A stretch of 62,768 bases of DNA, counting the filler, from Asterionella formosa (Eukaryota), in the NCBI GenBank assembly GCA_002256025.1. It is 17 parts of 17 records of this genome, joined end to end, with 100 filler letters (N's around TTAATTAATTAA, not from the genome) between each part and the next. Parts side by side here need not be neighbours in the genome. Positions count along the whole stretch, not along the records: positions 23,806 to 44,732 come from NKIB01003199.1; positions 44,833 to 46,121 come from NKIB01003200.1; positions 46,222 to 47,510 come from NKIB01003201.1; positions 47,611 to 48,898 come from NKIB01003203.1; 13 more parts are not named here. The stretch is one strand, 5' to 3'. Shown piece after piece: positions 36,761 to 48,898 of this stretch. Positions within the stretch are counted from its first letter, which is position 1. Every line of letters begins with the position of its first letter. The position numbers were made by a program, and so were the translations under genes. The notes beneath the pieces are model-generated. The model saw only the letters and a program-made list of their open reading frames with translations. It searched no databases and was not told the DNA's origin.

Positions 36761-39700
36761 AAAAAGATATTTTGTCCCCCTGTTTTTGAAAAACCCTGAA
36801 ACCCCTTTACATAATCTCTGATAGTTCACCCCACATAAATCTAATGGATCAAGTACCAAAGCTTGGGTGCAACTCTGACCATGGTACCTCTCTTTTGGGG
36901 CATTTGCTTTCCATGCTTCAATGACTTAGAGCATCAATTTGCTTATCAATTCAAGTTCCCACCAGTGGCCACCCATTGTGTGAGTGCCATATCAGTGGGT
37001 GCCACACTCTTTTTTGTTTGCACTCAACTTCAGACCATAAAGCAACTGTACCAGGAATGATGGGCTCTTATTTTTTGAAGAAAAATTCCTGCAAGTCTCT
37101 TTGGACTGTTTATGTTGCAGTGCAATTTCCGGTGTCTGAATATTTAAAAGAAGATTTTTTAAATGGAAATGGACATTGTAAATCAATGGGGTTATTGTAG
37201 GTTTCAGGGATTCCAAAATTTCCACGTCCCTATTAATGTATCCTCACATAGTATTGAGGTCCATACAATGTACTTAACAATGTCGAAACTTTTGCTTCAG
37301 ACTATTCACAGAGTATTGACAAAGGTAGGGTATATTTGGCTTTTACAGCTGAATTCATATAAGTTTGTCACATGTTTTCCTAGTTGGTGCAATACTTCTT
37401 TGAGTTATTAATTGTTGCTAAGGCTTTCCAAGAAGAAGTTGCAAGCAGAGAACAGCAATACAGCAATGGCCTCTGTACTGAAGATCAAAACCTGACATGG
37501 TCTTGGCAATGCTATTATAGATCCCAGCTGCCTCAAGACAAACTACTTGATGCATGGGTTGAATATTGCTGGTTGATAGTCCACACTAGCAAGTGAATAA
37601 AGTTTTCATTTGATTTGAAACAATTCATTACATACAGGACACATACAATATATCAAAATAGCTGCAAATGATGCATAGGTATTTTGAATCTTTCCAACTA
37701 ACAATACTTTGCAACATTGGAAGGGGTCAATAGAACAAAACATGTACAATTTTAGACACAAAACTCCAGTGTCATTCTCTTGAGATATATTGTCGTAGAT
37801 TGGTCCTGTTGTCAAGCAATTGTATGTTTCCAGCAAATATCTTGTCCTGTTATGTGAGTGCCACTTCTTATTGGGAAGAAAAATCAGGCTCCTCTGTGTT
37901 TGCCCCCACCCAGCTTCCTCTCAATCAATACTAGTAAAATGAAAACTGTAATTAGATGATTAGATGAAATGTGACTTCCAGTTTCTAATATTTTACATTG
38001 TTGCACTACTGAAACTTGAATCCATAAATGGGTATTCAACTTGTGCTTCTTGCATTTTTGCAGTATAGACTGGCTGGTGGGCGATAGGCCAAAGTGTCTG
38101 GTGGGTTTTTATGAACATCTACAAGGTAGTGCTTTTGTCGAGTTTTGTGTCTAAACCCAACTGCTGCCATCCATTGAACCATTCCAGATACATCAAAGAA
38201 TACGCTCCTGTTGTCAAAGGCGAGGAACAAGTACAATGTCAAAGGAAATCTGATGAGAAATGAAAATTACGAAACCAGAATCACTCTGTTAGTACTGTAC
38301 ATAGACAGTCTCTGCTTCTTTGTGCATATTGCCTGCTATGCTGTGTTTCAATTCTAGATGTATTATGTTCTCATTAGAGAGACGATGTTAGATAGAAGTA
38401 GATTGTACTGATCTATAATGGATGTTGTTTAGATATGATTGAGGTTGTAACACTGATCAAGGCTCCAGTGACAGACCGAAAATATTTGTGTTGTGGTGTG
38501 ATTAGCCATTTCGTTTTCATTTGATTTCTTTTCAAGCTCTTAACGGATTGCATATGAGCAAAATTTGCACTGTAGATGATGATTCATCAAAGACTTATGA
38601 TATATTGAAAGACAAATGAAGATTTTGTCACAAACAATCGTTCCTCTTGACATGGCTGTTTTGTTGTTGTTGGAAGAATCAGAGTGAGGACTGGAGTGAG
38701 TGATGAACCAAGCCACATTACTTTAGCTCATACATTATCCTACCAAGAAAATTAAATAAAGGAAACTAATAGAAAAGTTACATATAATAATTAAACATAC
38801 ATAGTCAAAAGGGTTACTATTTAAACTATGAGGGCATTTATCAAAATTATTAGATGATAAAACGAAAAATTATGATCAGATGATCATAATCCTATGATGC
38901 ATCATAGGAATATGATGGTTTTTATTTGCAGACATTCGCTTTTGCACTGAAAGGAGAAACCCTGTCCAAAGAGGACATAGGTCTGTTGAAAAACCAATGA
39001 GGCACAAGAAACTTGATTGGTTTTGGTCGAGGCATTGCATGGGAGTACAGTGGCTTGACCTGTCTCAGTTTGAAATGACTTATTGTGTATGTTTCATCCC
39101 ACTGCTATAAAAAAATTTCAAAGTGAATCTTGACCTTGGTCTTCACAGCACTGTCATTTGGTTGAGAGAGATCGACACTAGCATTAATGACACCTAGTAC
39201 TACCATGGTCTTGACAACCAATAGTCATGATGATTGATTGCATCATTTTGAACTCATTCTCAGGTTTTGTCAATAAATTAAGAGAAATCGCCTTCGATAA
39301 AATAATACCGTAGTTCCTTTTGCAACCTTGTACTACTCCGATGGTTAAGTTTGCTTCTACCATTGTCCTTAGCAAGCAAGAAATAAACAAGCATGGAACA
39401 TATCACAACGAAAGCATATGCTGCCGGACACAGAGAAATAAAGTTTCCAAATGTTGACTTCTACTAATGGTTATAGAAAAACATATGGTAGTAGTAGCAG
39501 TAGGCAGCCTCCCATAAATCCATTCACTGAAGTTTGGGCACATACAAATGTATTGGTCACATGTTTCATCACCATAATACTGTTCCTGTTCACCAATGAA
39601 TGATGATACTAGAGGCATGCTCCAATATTCTTCTGCTAGTCCTCATCAGCAGTCAAATCATCTCCCTCCTCTGTATCATCCCCAAAAGGTTCAGGCAGCT

Positions 39701-39868
39701 TTGCTTGGTTGAGGCCTCAGCCAGAGTCGATTTGAACACAATGATGTGAGGTAGTATAGCAGCCATCACACTCTCTGGTGGTGTAATCCTGCTACTGAGG
39801 TGCTAATATTGAAGAAGATGTGAAGAGGTTTAAGGGTTTATCAAAACCAGGGGGACGAAATATCTTTT
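36761..39868. mobile_element. Decayed DNA-transposon region bounded by inverted AGGGGGAC(G/A)AAATATCTTTT motifs
   Basis: About 45-bp motifs at 36761-36806 and 39824-39868 are inverted relative to each other. The interior consists of broken ORFs, and a homologous end occurs at 45312-45565. Confidence 0.5.
38036..38242 (-). pseudogene. Fragment of an IS630/Tc1-mariner-like DDE transposase
   Basis: WMAAVGFRHKTRQKHYLVDVHKNP...LAYR resembles the W...LGF....RKKGYYVDGHE....AYR motif of these transposases as I recall it; not verified by search. Confidence 0.5.
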
Positions 39869-40020
39869 GCATTAAAAAATGAAGACTTCCTTGTGATTTT
39901 GAGTGGACATTAATCCGTATAATACAGAGTCCTGGGGCCTCCCCTGCCTCCCCTAAGGTTGCTGCCCCATCCCCCCACCCCGCCCTGCCGCCTAGTCCAT
40001 TTTTTCGTGGTGGCACCAAT

Positions 40021-40420
40021 GAACACCCAATACTTTTCTAGACATAGTAGACAAAGTACTAACATACAATATAGTTCTGTTTTTTCTCGTAGGCACTGCT
40101 GGCATAAAACTATTTAGCTACGATTTTGCGATTACTTTGCACATATAAAACACTAGAGTGCGAAGGTAGTGGTTTTGAGCAGCTGGAGAATCCTGCATCA
40201 TGTTGTCACAACCATTGTTACCATGACAAAAATACGATTTATTTCCTCGAAAGCTGAGAAAAACGCTTTGCTACTTGCTACGTACATCGAACACCCAATA
40301 ATTTTCTAGACATAGACAAAGTAACATGCTACCGTATATCATTCTGTTTTTTTCTTGTAGGCACTGGTATATAACTATTTAGCTACGATTTTGCGATTAC
40401 TTTGCACGTATCTACACTAG
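40021..40420 (+). repeat. About 135-bp diverged direct repeat (40021-40156 and about 40289-40420)
   Basis: Both copies read gaacacccaata...ttttctagacatag...tatttagctacgattttgcgattactttgcac...cactag. Confidence 0.85.
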
Positions 40421-40589
40421 CTACTACTGATGCTTCTATTACATGTGTACGCATGTAATAGTACTGATGATTGTCAGTCCACAGCAGTGATTTGAGATGA
40501 TCAAAGCATGAAAACTGCTGGCTCAAACGAAGTGCAGACTGTGTGGCGCTTGTTTTTATCTTATACAAAGGTCAGAATAACCATTTTTT

Positions 40590-40750
40590 AGAAAAAGTGT
40601 ATCCGAGTGTATCTAACGGAGGGTGTGTCTTACAGAGAGGGTCCCTTACAAGGATTTCCAAATTGGGGGTGCTTCATTGAGAAAAGTGTATCTTATATAT
40701 AGAGAGAGTGTATCCTATAGGAGTGTATCTTACATGGAGGTTCCACTGTA
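40590..40750 (-). mobile_element. Tc1/mariner-pogo-type terminal inverted repeat with TA target site
   Basis: Ends ...GGAGGTTCCACTG|TA (reverse complement TA|CAGTGGAACCTCC) and is preceded by about 6 subterminal GTGT(A/G)TC repeats. No partner TIR was found. Confidence 0.65.
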
Positions 40751-41163
40751 TCTTTAATTTTGCTATTTATGTTTTGAGACTACATACGGAGAAATCGGTT
40801 GTGAAGTTCTTGGTTTTTTCATGTCATATCTATATATATGAATATGATTGAGGATCAGAAAAGGTCCAGTGTCTTGTACTCCCCTTTAAGTAAAACCAGT
40901 CGTGGCTGTGTCCATTGAGGGGTCCGAGAGAATAGGGTGTTAGGTAAACCCTGGTACCGAAATTCATCATGATGTCATTCCATAAAGTATATAGCTGTAC
41001 CTACCGGTGTATGTTACAAGGATTTTCTTCATTTGAGGAACGACCTTTCCTCGAGCAGAGAATCTGCTTCTATTTCCCCTGGCCATCATCACAAACAAGG
41101 CTGGTATACAGCCGACATCATTTATCACATAGGGGAGGCAGATAGAGAGATTTCAGTAGGAAA

Positions 41164-42380
41164 ATGGGTTGTTGCGCCGACGACAAGGAAGCAGGTCACA
41201 CAGGCATGCAGAGATTCATGAGGTACGCTAGCAGTAACCTTCTTGTGTCCTTCTCCGTCTTGCGTCAGAACATTCGAACCAACTTACAGTTGAAAACACA
41301 ATGCCCTCCTTTTGTCTACCTCCCGCGCCTCAAGAGCGCTTCTATTTCTTTGCTTGATCAGTGGCTTATTACTGTCTGCCGCCTCAACGGGGTCTTGCCG
41401 CTATGTTCGTTGGGTTTCAGATACTGAGCTCCCCCATGTCGAAAATACCAACATCACGGTGAATTCCGACTTTACGGCTGGGCTCTTTCGATGGGACCCG
41501 GACGGAGCAGGATGCCGGAGGTTTCCTGAAAATGTCAATGGGCTGTTCAATGATTTTTCTTTGGGTCAAGCGTTTGGATTGCTGGCACTTATCCTGGCCT
41601 TGGCGGGGATGTCGGTGATGTGGATTGAGTTGGTTTGTTGTCGGTTTTGTGGAGCGCGAATGATAGTGTCCGTATGTTTTGTGCTGGCAGTTGTATTGCA
41701 AGGGTGCACCTTTGTAATATTCGACTCTAATTTATGGTACGTTGAAAGTATTTGTTTTTTACCCAAACGAGGAGCAAGTCATGGATGCCTTTAGAGTACC
41801 TTGACTGATTTTTGTAAAATATCATAGCACCAGCGGAGGACCCAATGTTGCTTATCCGTGTGGAATTGATCAAGGCGGTTATTTCGCCATTGCTGCCATG
41901 GCGATATTTTTGCTTTGTGCGTTCCTGATATGTGCCACACCAAAACCTGAACCATTTTGCAAGGCAAACAAGGAAAATGAAGTCAACGACCCCTGTGTCC
42001 GTTGCTGCGCGTGCTGTCGAAAACCGAAGCCAGAGGGCGAAGAAGTTGCAGAAGAAGAAGAAGACGAGGAAAAACCGTCATTTTGTCTCTGTTTTCCATG
42101 TAGGAAGAAACAGACTGAAGAAGAAGGACAGGTAGCAGCAACTGGTGGAGACAATGTGGCCGAAGCTACAATGGTGCAAGTAGAACCATATCCAGTTGCA
42201 GTTGCTCAGCAAGCTGGATCAAGCCATTCACAGACTTATGCCGAGCTTCCACCATATCGTGAGGTGACCTTCATTGACAATGAGGCCTTTTTTGATACTG
42301 ACATTGACAACAGTACATCATCAAAGAATTTCATGTGGGGAATGTCAGATAGCTCTGACTTCAAAAGTTCAGGGAACTGA
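41164..42380 (+). CDS. Four-TM claudin-like membrane protein with Cys-rich termini; exons 41164-41222, 41335-41736, 41828-42380
   Basis: In-frame GT-AG splicing gives MGCCADD...MRALLFLCL, four hydrophobic helices, Cys-containing loops, CVRCCACCRK and an acidic tail. Confidence 0.75.
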
Positions 42381-43344
42381 TCGTACTGTCATTGTCTGTG
42401 ATAAAACAGCACTCGAATGAGAAGTTGATATTTTAACACACTATATGTGTAATAAAAAGCTTGAACGCCAAGGATAAACAAGCATCTCATGTTGTAGACT
42501 TGACGTGTTTGTCTGGTGGTAATTTGCAGATCCATTCTGAGTGCCTCTCTACTGGGTTCCATCAACAAATCCACCTTTTTGCGATTTTATCTGGAAATGT
42601 TACACTTTGCTCCCCACAAAATTGGAAATATCTGGATCCAACCTGGAACTAATTCCAACAAATGCGTCGGAATAATGGCAAATTATAGAGTCACTGAAAA
42701 CATAACCAGCAATCTTATTTGTGCAGTAATGTATACATTTGAAATTTTAATAGAAATAATTGTCATTATCATACGCAAAGTCTTTAATGGCTTCAACCCA
42801 TTTCTCAATTCAATGCATGAAAGCATTTTGATCAAGCCAAGCAATGGACTAGCCAATGTGCTTGACTGAAATTATAAATTCCGTGGGTAGATTGGAATTT
42901 AGAAAAATCAATTGGTTGTACTTTGAAACTGATTGAATTAGTAAGAACATCTTGTTTTTATGTACAGTTATATTTTTTTTAGTGTATTTATACACGAAGT
43001 GGACGGTATTCCAATCTTCAGAAGACGGGGACAAAGCAAAAATAACCTTGATCCCTTTAATTCAGTTGGAATATAAAAATATAATAAACCTACGTATGCT
43101 GATGATTTCCAAAGAATTGTTGGGATTTTCGCTTCATGTAGGAGTACTCCTGAATGTATATACCGCATATTTAACGCTGCCTTCCTATAATAGTCCTCCT
43201 TGTTCTCACTTTTCATATTTTAATTACATGCATGAAAATACTATTACTATGTACCGTTAATAGTGTATTACCGGTATGCATCCACCATCTATCTCGTCCT
43301 GACATTGCTCAGACGACGAAACTTAACAAAAACAGTCCAATCAA

Positions 43345-44379
43345 ATGATCAACATAACGAGAAAGCGTGCTGTAGTTCCTGTATTCTTGGCAACAGTTCT
43401 TTGTTTTTTCCTATTGAACTTCTTGTCGAGTCATTCTCAACAAAAAACGAAAGCAAATGAGAAGGAATCTCGTCTGCGGATTGAGGAATCTCAATGCCCA
43501 AAGCTATCCATTGGAGAATGCTCGCGGTGGACATCCAATGGACAAGAAAAAATTGTAAACAGTTGGCTTTTTAACAGCACTGATTGCGGGCAGAGCCACA
43601 ATGATGAGATTATTTACGTCATTCCGGAGGGACCATCCGTAAAACGAGAGCTCAATCACGGTGCAAGGAACAATGCAACTTCCATTGTCTTTTACGGATC
43701 CTCTCACATTCGAGAATTGCACCACGCCTTTGTACGACTCAAACGTGGGTTGCATTATCTTGATCAGCTGGAGAGTAATCTTACTATACTACGCAGTGGA
43801 GTCCCGACGAACCAGTTATTATGCGACCCACGAAAAACTGGGTTTGTTGATGGAAAGTATGGTGTTGACCTTGAAAATTGTGGTCTCCCCGGTAAACGGG
43901 TTGTACCGGAACTTGGAGAGAATGTTGCTATTGGCTTCAAGACATTTCTTCATACTCCGGAAGCTGACCAAATCTTTGCCGATTGGTTGCAGGCTGTTGA
44001 CTTACGACATCCTCAGGTGCTCATTGCAGACGTTGGTATTTGGGGTGCTCGAGGGGCCAGAAGGACAACGTCTTTAAACTATACACTTTCTTTGGAAGAA
44101 GAGATCGATTACTACCTTTTTTGGCTTCGGGAAACTTTTCCAGAAACTAAGCTTGTTCTCATAGTGAGTACCTCTCATGGACCATTGCATTCCAAATTGA
44201 ATCAATTTTCAGAGCATGATCCAGCAGTGTTTCTACTCCGAAAAGATATAGTCATGAAGGAAATGTTACCAAGAATGGCATGTGGGCATGGTTGCAAAGG
44301 TCCGGTTTTGGTGCTGCTTGCCACTGTCCTTCTGGATTGGCTGGAGGTTGCAACACAAGGCCCCCAGAGGTGCATCTGA
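43345..44379 (+). CDS. Type II membrane protein, SGNH/PC-esterase (TBL-like) candidate
   Basis: N-terminal signal anchor, FYGSSHIRE (GDS-like), DVGIWG and C-terminal CGHGC (DxxH-like). Confidence 0.6.
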   Translation: MINITRKRAVVPVFLATVLCFFLLNFLSSHSQQKTKANEKESRLRIEESQCPKLSIGECSRWTSNGQEKIVNSWLFNSTDCGQSHNDEIIYVIPEGPSVKRELNHGARNNATSIVFYGSSHIRELHHAFVRLKRGLHYLDQLESNLTILRSGVPTNQLLCDPRKTGFVDGKYGVDLENCGLPGKRVVPELGENVAIGFKTFLHTPEADQIFADWLQAVDLRHPQVLIADVGIWGARGARRTTSLNYTLSLEEEIDYYLFWLRETFPETKLVLIVSTSHGPLHSKLNQFSEHDPAVFLLRKDIVMKEMLPRMACGHGCKGPVLVLLATVLLDWLEVATQGPQRCI

Positions 44380-44848
44380 ATGGGAATATCATAGATACAC
44401 CATGTCATTGGTAATAAACCAAAAATGCTGATATCTTCATCAAACTAGCTAATAGTAGATTTTAGTAAGGTTCAGAAGCCATTCCAGTATATTCTGATCT
44501 CTGATGTATACTTGTTCAGTGCTTGTTATCCCAGTACTCCAGGGACCCCCATGTCCCATTTGCTACCCCAGCCTGTTGATGTGGAAAGCAATTTAGGAAA
44601 TGATGTATACATTCATGCCATCATGGTCTTCTACTGCTGTCTTGATTATGGAGTATGTACTGGCATGGAGACTACCAATACCAGTAGACCTATTTGGTAT
44701 AATGTGCCCTCTCATTGCAGGCAGGGCAGTTTNNNNNNNNNNNNNNNNNNNNNNNNNNNNNNNNNNNNNNNNNNNNTTAATTAATTAANNNNNNNNNNNN
44801 NNNNNNNNNNNNNNNNNNNNNNNNNNNNNNNNAGCGATTTTGACAAGG

Positions 44849-45006
44849 AATCTATGTACGTATTCGCAAATTTCCACTGATTCAAATATTTCAAATGGAA
44901 TCACGTCATTCAAAAATAGCTAATTAAATTCTTAATTCCAGGGAATTTTCGCAACCCTATGCAATATTTTAATTTTTGCCTAGGGGTTCAAATGCAGCAA
45001 CCTTAA
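44849..45006. mobile_element. End of a TTAA-flanked DNA transposon/MITE (Kolobok- or Harbinger-like), copy 1
   Basis: About 155 bp homologous to 52284-52444. Both copies end ...GCCTAGGGGTTCAAATG(C/T)AG(C/G)AACC|TTAA, after which homology stops. Confidence 0.7.
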
Positions 45007-45311
45007 TCCAAATATTCAAGGAGTACTGTCACATGCACACGTATTAGACATGTCTTTGTTCCAAAATACTACCTGGTACCAGGTACTCTGGTACGGTAGA
45101 CTACGTGGTACTGTTGAGTTGCAGATCATTTTTACCAGACGCTTCGAAATTTACGTATGTAGGTCAGATATGAACAGGCTACATACAATATATATATTCG
45201 ACACACGAGTGTACCGGTACTACAGGACGGAATCCAGAATCCGTTGGTCTGGCCATACTTGATGTCGAAATCAACAGAAAGACATCATAAATCATATTTA
45301 TTTTATTTTAT

Positions 45312-45565
45312 GGAAAAAGATATTTCGTCCCCCTATTTCGATATTTCGTCCCCCTCTTTTTATAAACCCTTAAACCCTAGCCTACATAGCCTTCATATAA
45401 ACCACCAATTTTTTTTTCTAGTACACAAAAATCATTTGGCTTGATGACACTGCCATGACGGCTGCTACTCATACTACACATGCACATCATTGTGTTCAAA
45501 TTGACTCTGATGGCCTCAACTAAAGCAGTCAGAGCCTATTGAGGACAATACAGAGGAGGGACTGG
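45312..45565 (+). mobile_element. Transposon-end family related to 39640-39868
   Basis: Duplicated gatatttcgtccccct, then aaacccttaaacc and cacatcattgtgttcaaat..actctg...ggcctcaac...atacagaggaggga, shared with the minus strand of about 39660-39868. Confidence 0.65.
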
Positions 45566-46221
45566 ACGGCCCTGTACAGGCGTTCTACGGCGCTGTAATT
45601 CGAAGATACAGAGCGCATTTGTGCACTTGAATGATCACCCCTCGACCCTCAGTCTACATGATGTCAAGGCGAGATTATTGTGGAGTTCATCATCTTTGCT
45701 GGCTTCCATTAAAAGATCAACAGAAGGGAAAGCGACGTTACCTCCCAACGATGTTATGTCAACTCAAGGTGAATCTTTGGGAAGCTAATGCAACAAATGG
45801 AATCATCAATGGATCTGATGCTGCTCAGCTCGCAGTTCATTTGGAACAATTTTTGTAGTGTGATATACAGGAATATAGAGTGTATAAACTGCAATTGTTG
45901 AAAGCACAAAATCGGTTGGACGAACATGAACTGAAATCAGCAAAGCGCAACCCTAATGACACTCTAAGTCAAATGATGAAGAACCGACGACCAGAAAAAT
46001 TGCACAGATTGTGGATGCTTTGGAAAATGAAAGTGAAGATGGAACAGAAAGCAACAGCGAAGATGAGAATGACAGGAGGTATCAACCTGATTATGACAAT
46101 AATTTGAACAAGTCATTAGAANNNNNNNNNNNNNNNNNNNNNNNNNNNNNNNNNNNNNNNNNNNNTTAATTAATTAANNNNNNNNNNNNNNNNNNNNNNN
46201 NNNNNNNNNNNNNNNNNNNNN

Positions 46222-47510
46222 ATTGGTGATTTAACTCTGGAGCAGAAGGACACATAGAAAACACTGAAATTGGAAAAAGTGATGGTTGTTCCCGGTTTTG
46301 CTCGAAATTTGATAAGTGTTGGCAGGTTGACAGAGAAAGGAAACCAATTTGTGGCTGGAAAAGAAGGATCCAAGATATTTAATGATTCAGGTGGCATCAT
46401 GAGTTTTGAGACAGGAACCGATGGTATGGCTTATCTGATTGCACAGCGTGTTGCTGGAGCAAAAGAGGTCTACAATATTGAAGAAATTAAAAATGATGAT
46501 GGAATGATTAAGAAACAGAAGAGAGAACTAATGAACATTTATGAGGCACACAGAAAATTTGGGCATGCAACAGAAAAAATGGTGCGAAAAATGCTGCAAG
46601 CACTTAAGATCATACCAGTTGGAAAAATGTTGGTATGTGATGGCTGTGCACAAGCAAAAGCTACCCAGAAACGAACAAACAAGGTGACTACAGTGGTAGC
46701 AGAAAAACATGGCGAGAGAATCTATATGGATACAAGTGGCCCATATTCAGAGACAGTGAAGGGGTCACGTTATTGGTATAAATTTGTTGATGACAAAACA
46801 AGGAAGTCATGGGATTTTTATGGAGCAAGAAAGAATGGCATAACATAGGTACTGAAGGAAATTTTGGACAAGTTGAAGGCTGCTGGGAAGCCAGTAAAAT
46901 ATCTACGGTGTGACAATGCGGGCGAGCATATGTTTGAATTACGAAAAATATGTGAAGGAGAATATGGAATTCAGTTGGAGTACACAGCACCTCACATACC
47001 ACAGCACAATGGAGTGGTGGAAAGGATGTTTTCACGTGATGCAAAGCGTGCACTGGCAATGATGATATCTGCTGCATGGACCAAAGAGATGCAAGCTAAA
47101 TTATGGGCTGAAGCGACAAAAACAGCAGCGATACTAGGAAGTTCCCTTCCAAACACCCGAAGTGCAGTACCACCTGATGAGTTATTTTATGTAAAACCAA
47201 GTGACATCTACACACACTTGATTGAGTTTGGAAGAGTTGGTTACGTTACAAACAGGTCCACAATGAAAGGGAAGTTCAAAGAGAAAGCAAATCCCATGGT
47301 AATGATTGGCTATGGTGAGAACCATGCCAGGGATGTGTATCGTATGTACAATCCAGTAACCAGTAAAGTGGTTGAAACAAGAGATATTCATGCTTGGGCA
47401 GACATAACAAATGCTACCAACGATATCAGATTGACTATGAGTGAAATTTATGACCCTGAGTTGATTTTGGAGGAGCCAGAAACTCCAGAAGTGATTGAAG
47501 AACCTGATGA
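46222..47510 (+). mobile_element. Ty1/copia GAG-pre-integrase and integrase core, with one in-frame TAG (46846-46848)
   Basis: VPGFARNLISVG, H..FGH...CDGCAQAK zinc finger, YMDTSGP, YLRCDNAGE, PQHNGVVER and IGYGENH..DVYRMYNP. Confidence 0.95.
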
Positions 47511-47610
47511 NNNNNNNNNNNNNNNNNNNNNNNNNNNNNNNNNNNNNNNNNNNNTTAATTAATTAANNNNNNNNNNNNNNNNNNNNNNNNNNNNNNNNNN
47601 NNNNNNNNNN

Positions 47611-48898
47611 ATCCAACCATGTGACCAGCAACAAGTTGTTGGTCAAAGAGTGCCTTGCCCATGACCCGACCCAAGAATCGATAATAAATCAAGTGATCTT
47701 CACAGCAATATTCTGTGTGTGCATGTATGCATAATAGAAAAAATGGAAAGAATAAAAACAAGTGTTAGTCGAAAGTGAAATAATTATAATATATAGAACC
47801 AAACGATATTGCATAATTTAAAAGACAAACACACACCAAACAACAATTCAAAGACGTACCAGATGCTGGATTGACTTCCATACACATTTGATTGGCCGAA
47901 CTGCTTTGCCACAATCCCATATCTGGATCAAATATTTTTTCCGTGACAAGTTGAAACCATTCTCTCGCCAATCCACCAGCATCAATTCCCATTTCACCAA
48001 TAAATTCGAATCTCCACAATTTACGTAAATCCTTTCGGGACAATGACATGACAGCATCGACAGAATCTCCCAAAAGGAATCCACGTCGGACATTCATTCT
48101 CATGTGTCCTTCATTCCATTCGACACACAATTTCGCGCAAGTTTCTTGAAACCAAATGGCCTTTTCTTCAAAGGCCTTGACTTGTGCATTGGCAATGTCT
48201 GAGTAGGTGACAAGGTCTCGATTGTCTGCTGATTTGATTCTCGAGTCTACAACTGCATCACTGGCAGGTACAAGAGAGAGTATCCCAGTTCTAATTCTTG
48301 GATCATCGCCAGGTCTAAATTCCAGTTTCCTGACATATGCCGACTTTTCCACATTGAATCTCGTACTGAGTTCAACATCTCCTCGTCCATCCACTCGTAC
48401 CCATTGAAATTTCATATCCGAAACTCGAATGGTACGTTGCCATCCATCCTTATCATAGGACAGTTTAATGGCAGCGGCTTCATTGAAAATGGTTGATTTT
48501 TGAGTCAATGCCAATGGCAATTTGAATCTAATTCGTTGTCCTGATGTAGCATTGACTGGACATGTTAAAAGGACTCGGACGACTCCACCTGCCAATAAAG
48601 CAAATGGTTGTCCAGGTAGGACTCCCCTTGGTACTTCCACCTCAAACAATTGTGTTGTCTTGTCTTGTTCTCTTATTGGTAGTGGTGGTGATGACATGTT
48701 ATTGCTATTTTTGCTGTGGTTGCTGCTATTACTATTCATACTGGTACAACTGGTAATGTCTGTACTGGTTGGTGGTGGTACAATTCGAACATTCATACCT
48801 GGTCTAGCATTTTGTGGACAAGTTACCATGAGTTGTTGTCCTTGAATAGTGACAGGGAACTGTTGTCCTCCTCGAATGCCATCAGGAATGGTAACCAT
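47611..48898 (-). CDS. HECT E3 ubiquitin ligase, internal fragment; exons 48898-47860, 47712-47611
   Basis: VRRGFLLGDS, FEFIGEMGIDAGGLAREWF and YRFLGRVMGKALFD. The intron 47859-47713 splices in frame. The N-terminal part has two V..P.G..PGQ.F repeats. Confidence 0.92.
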
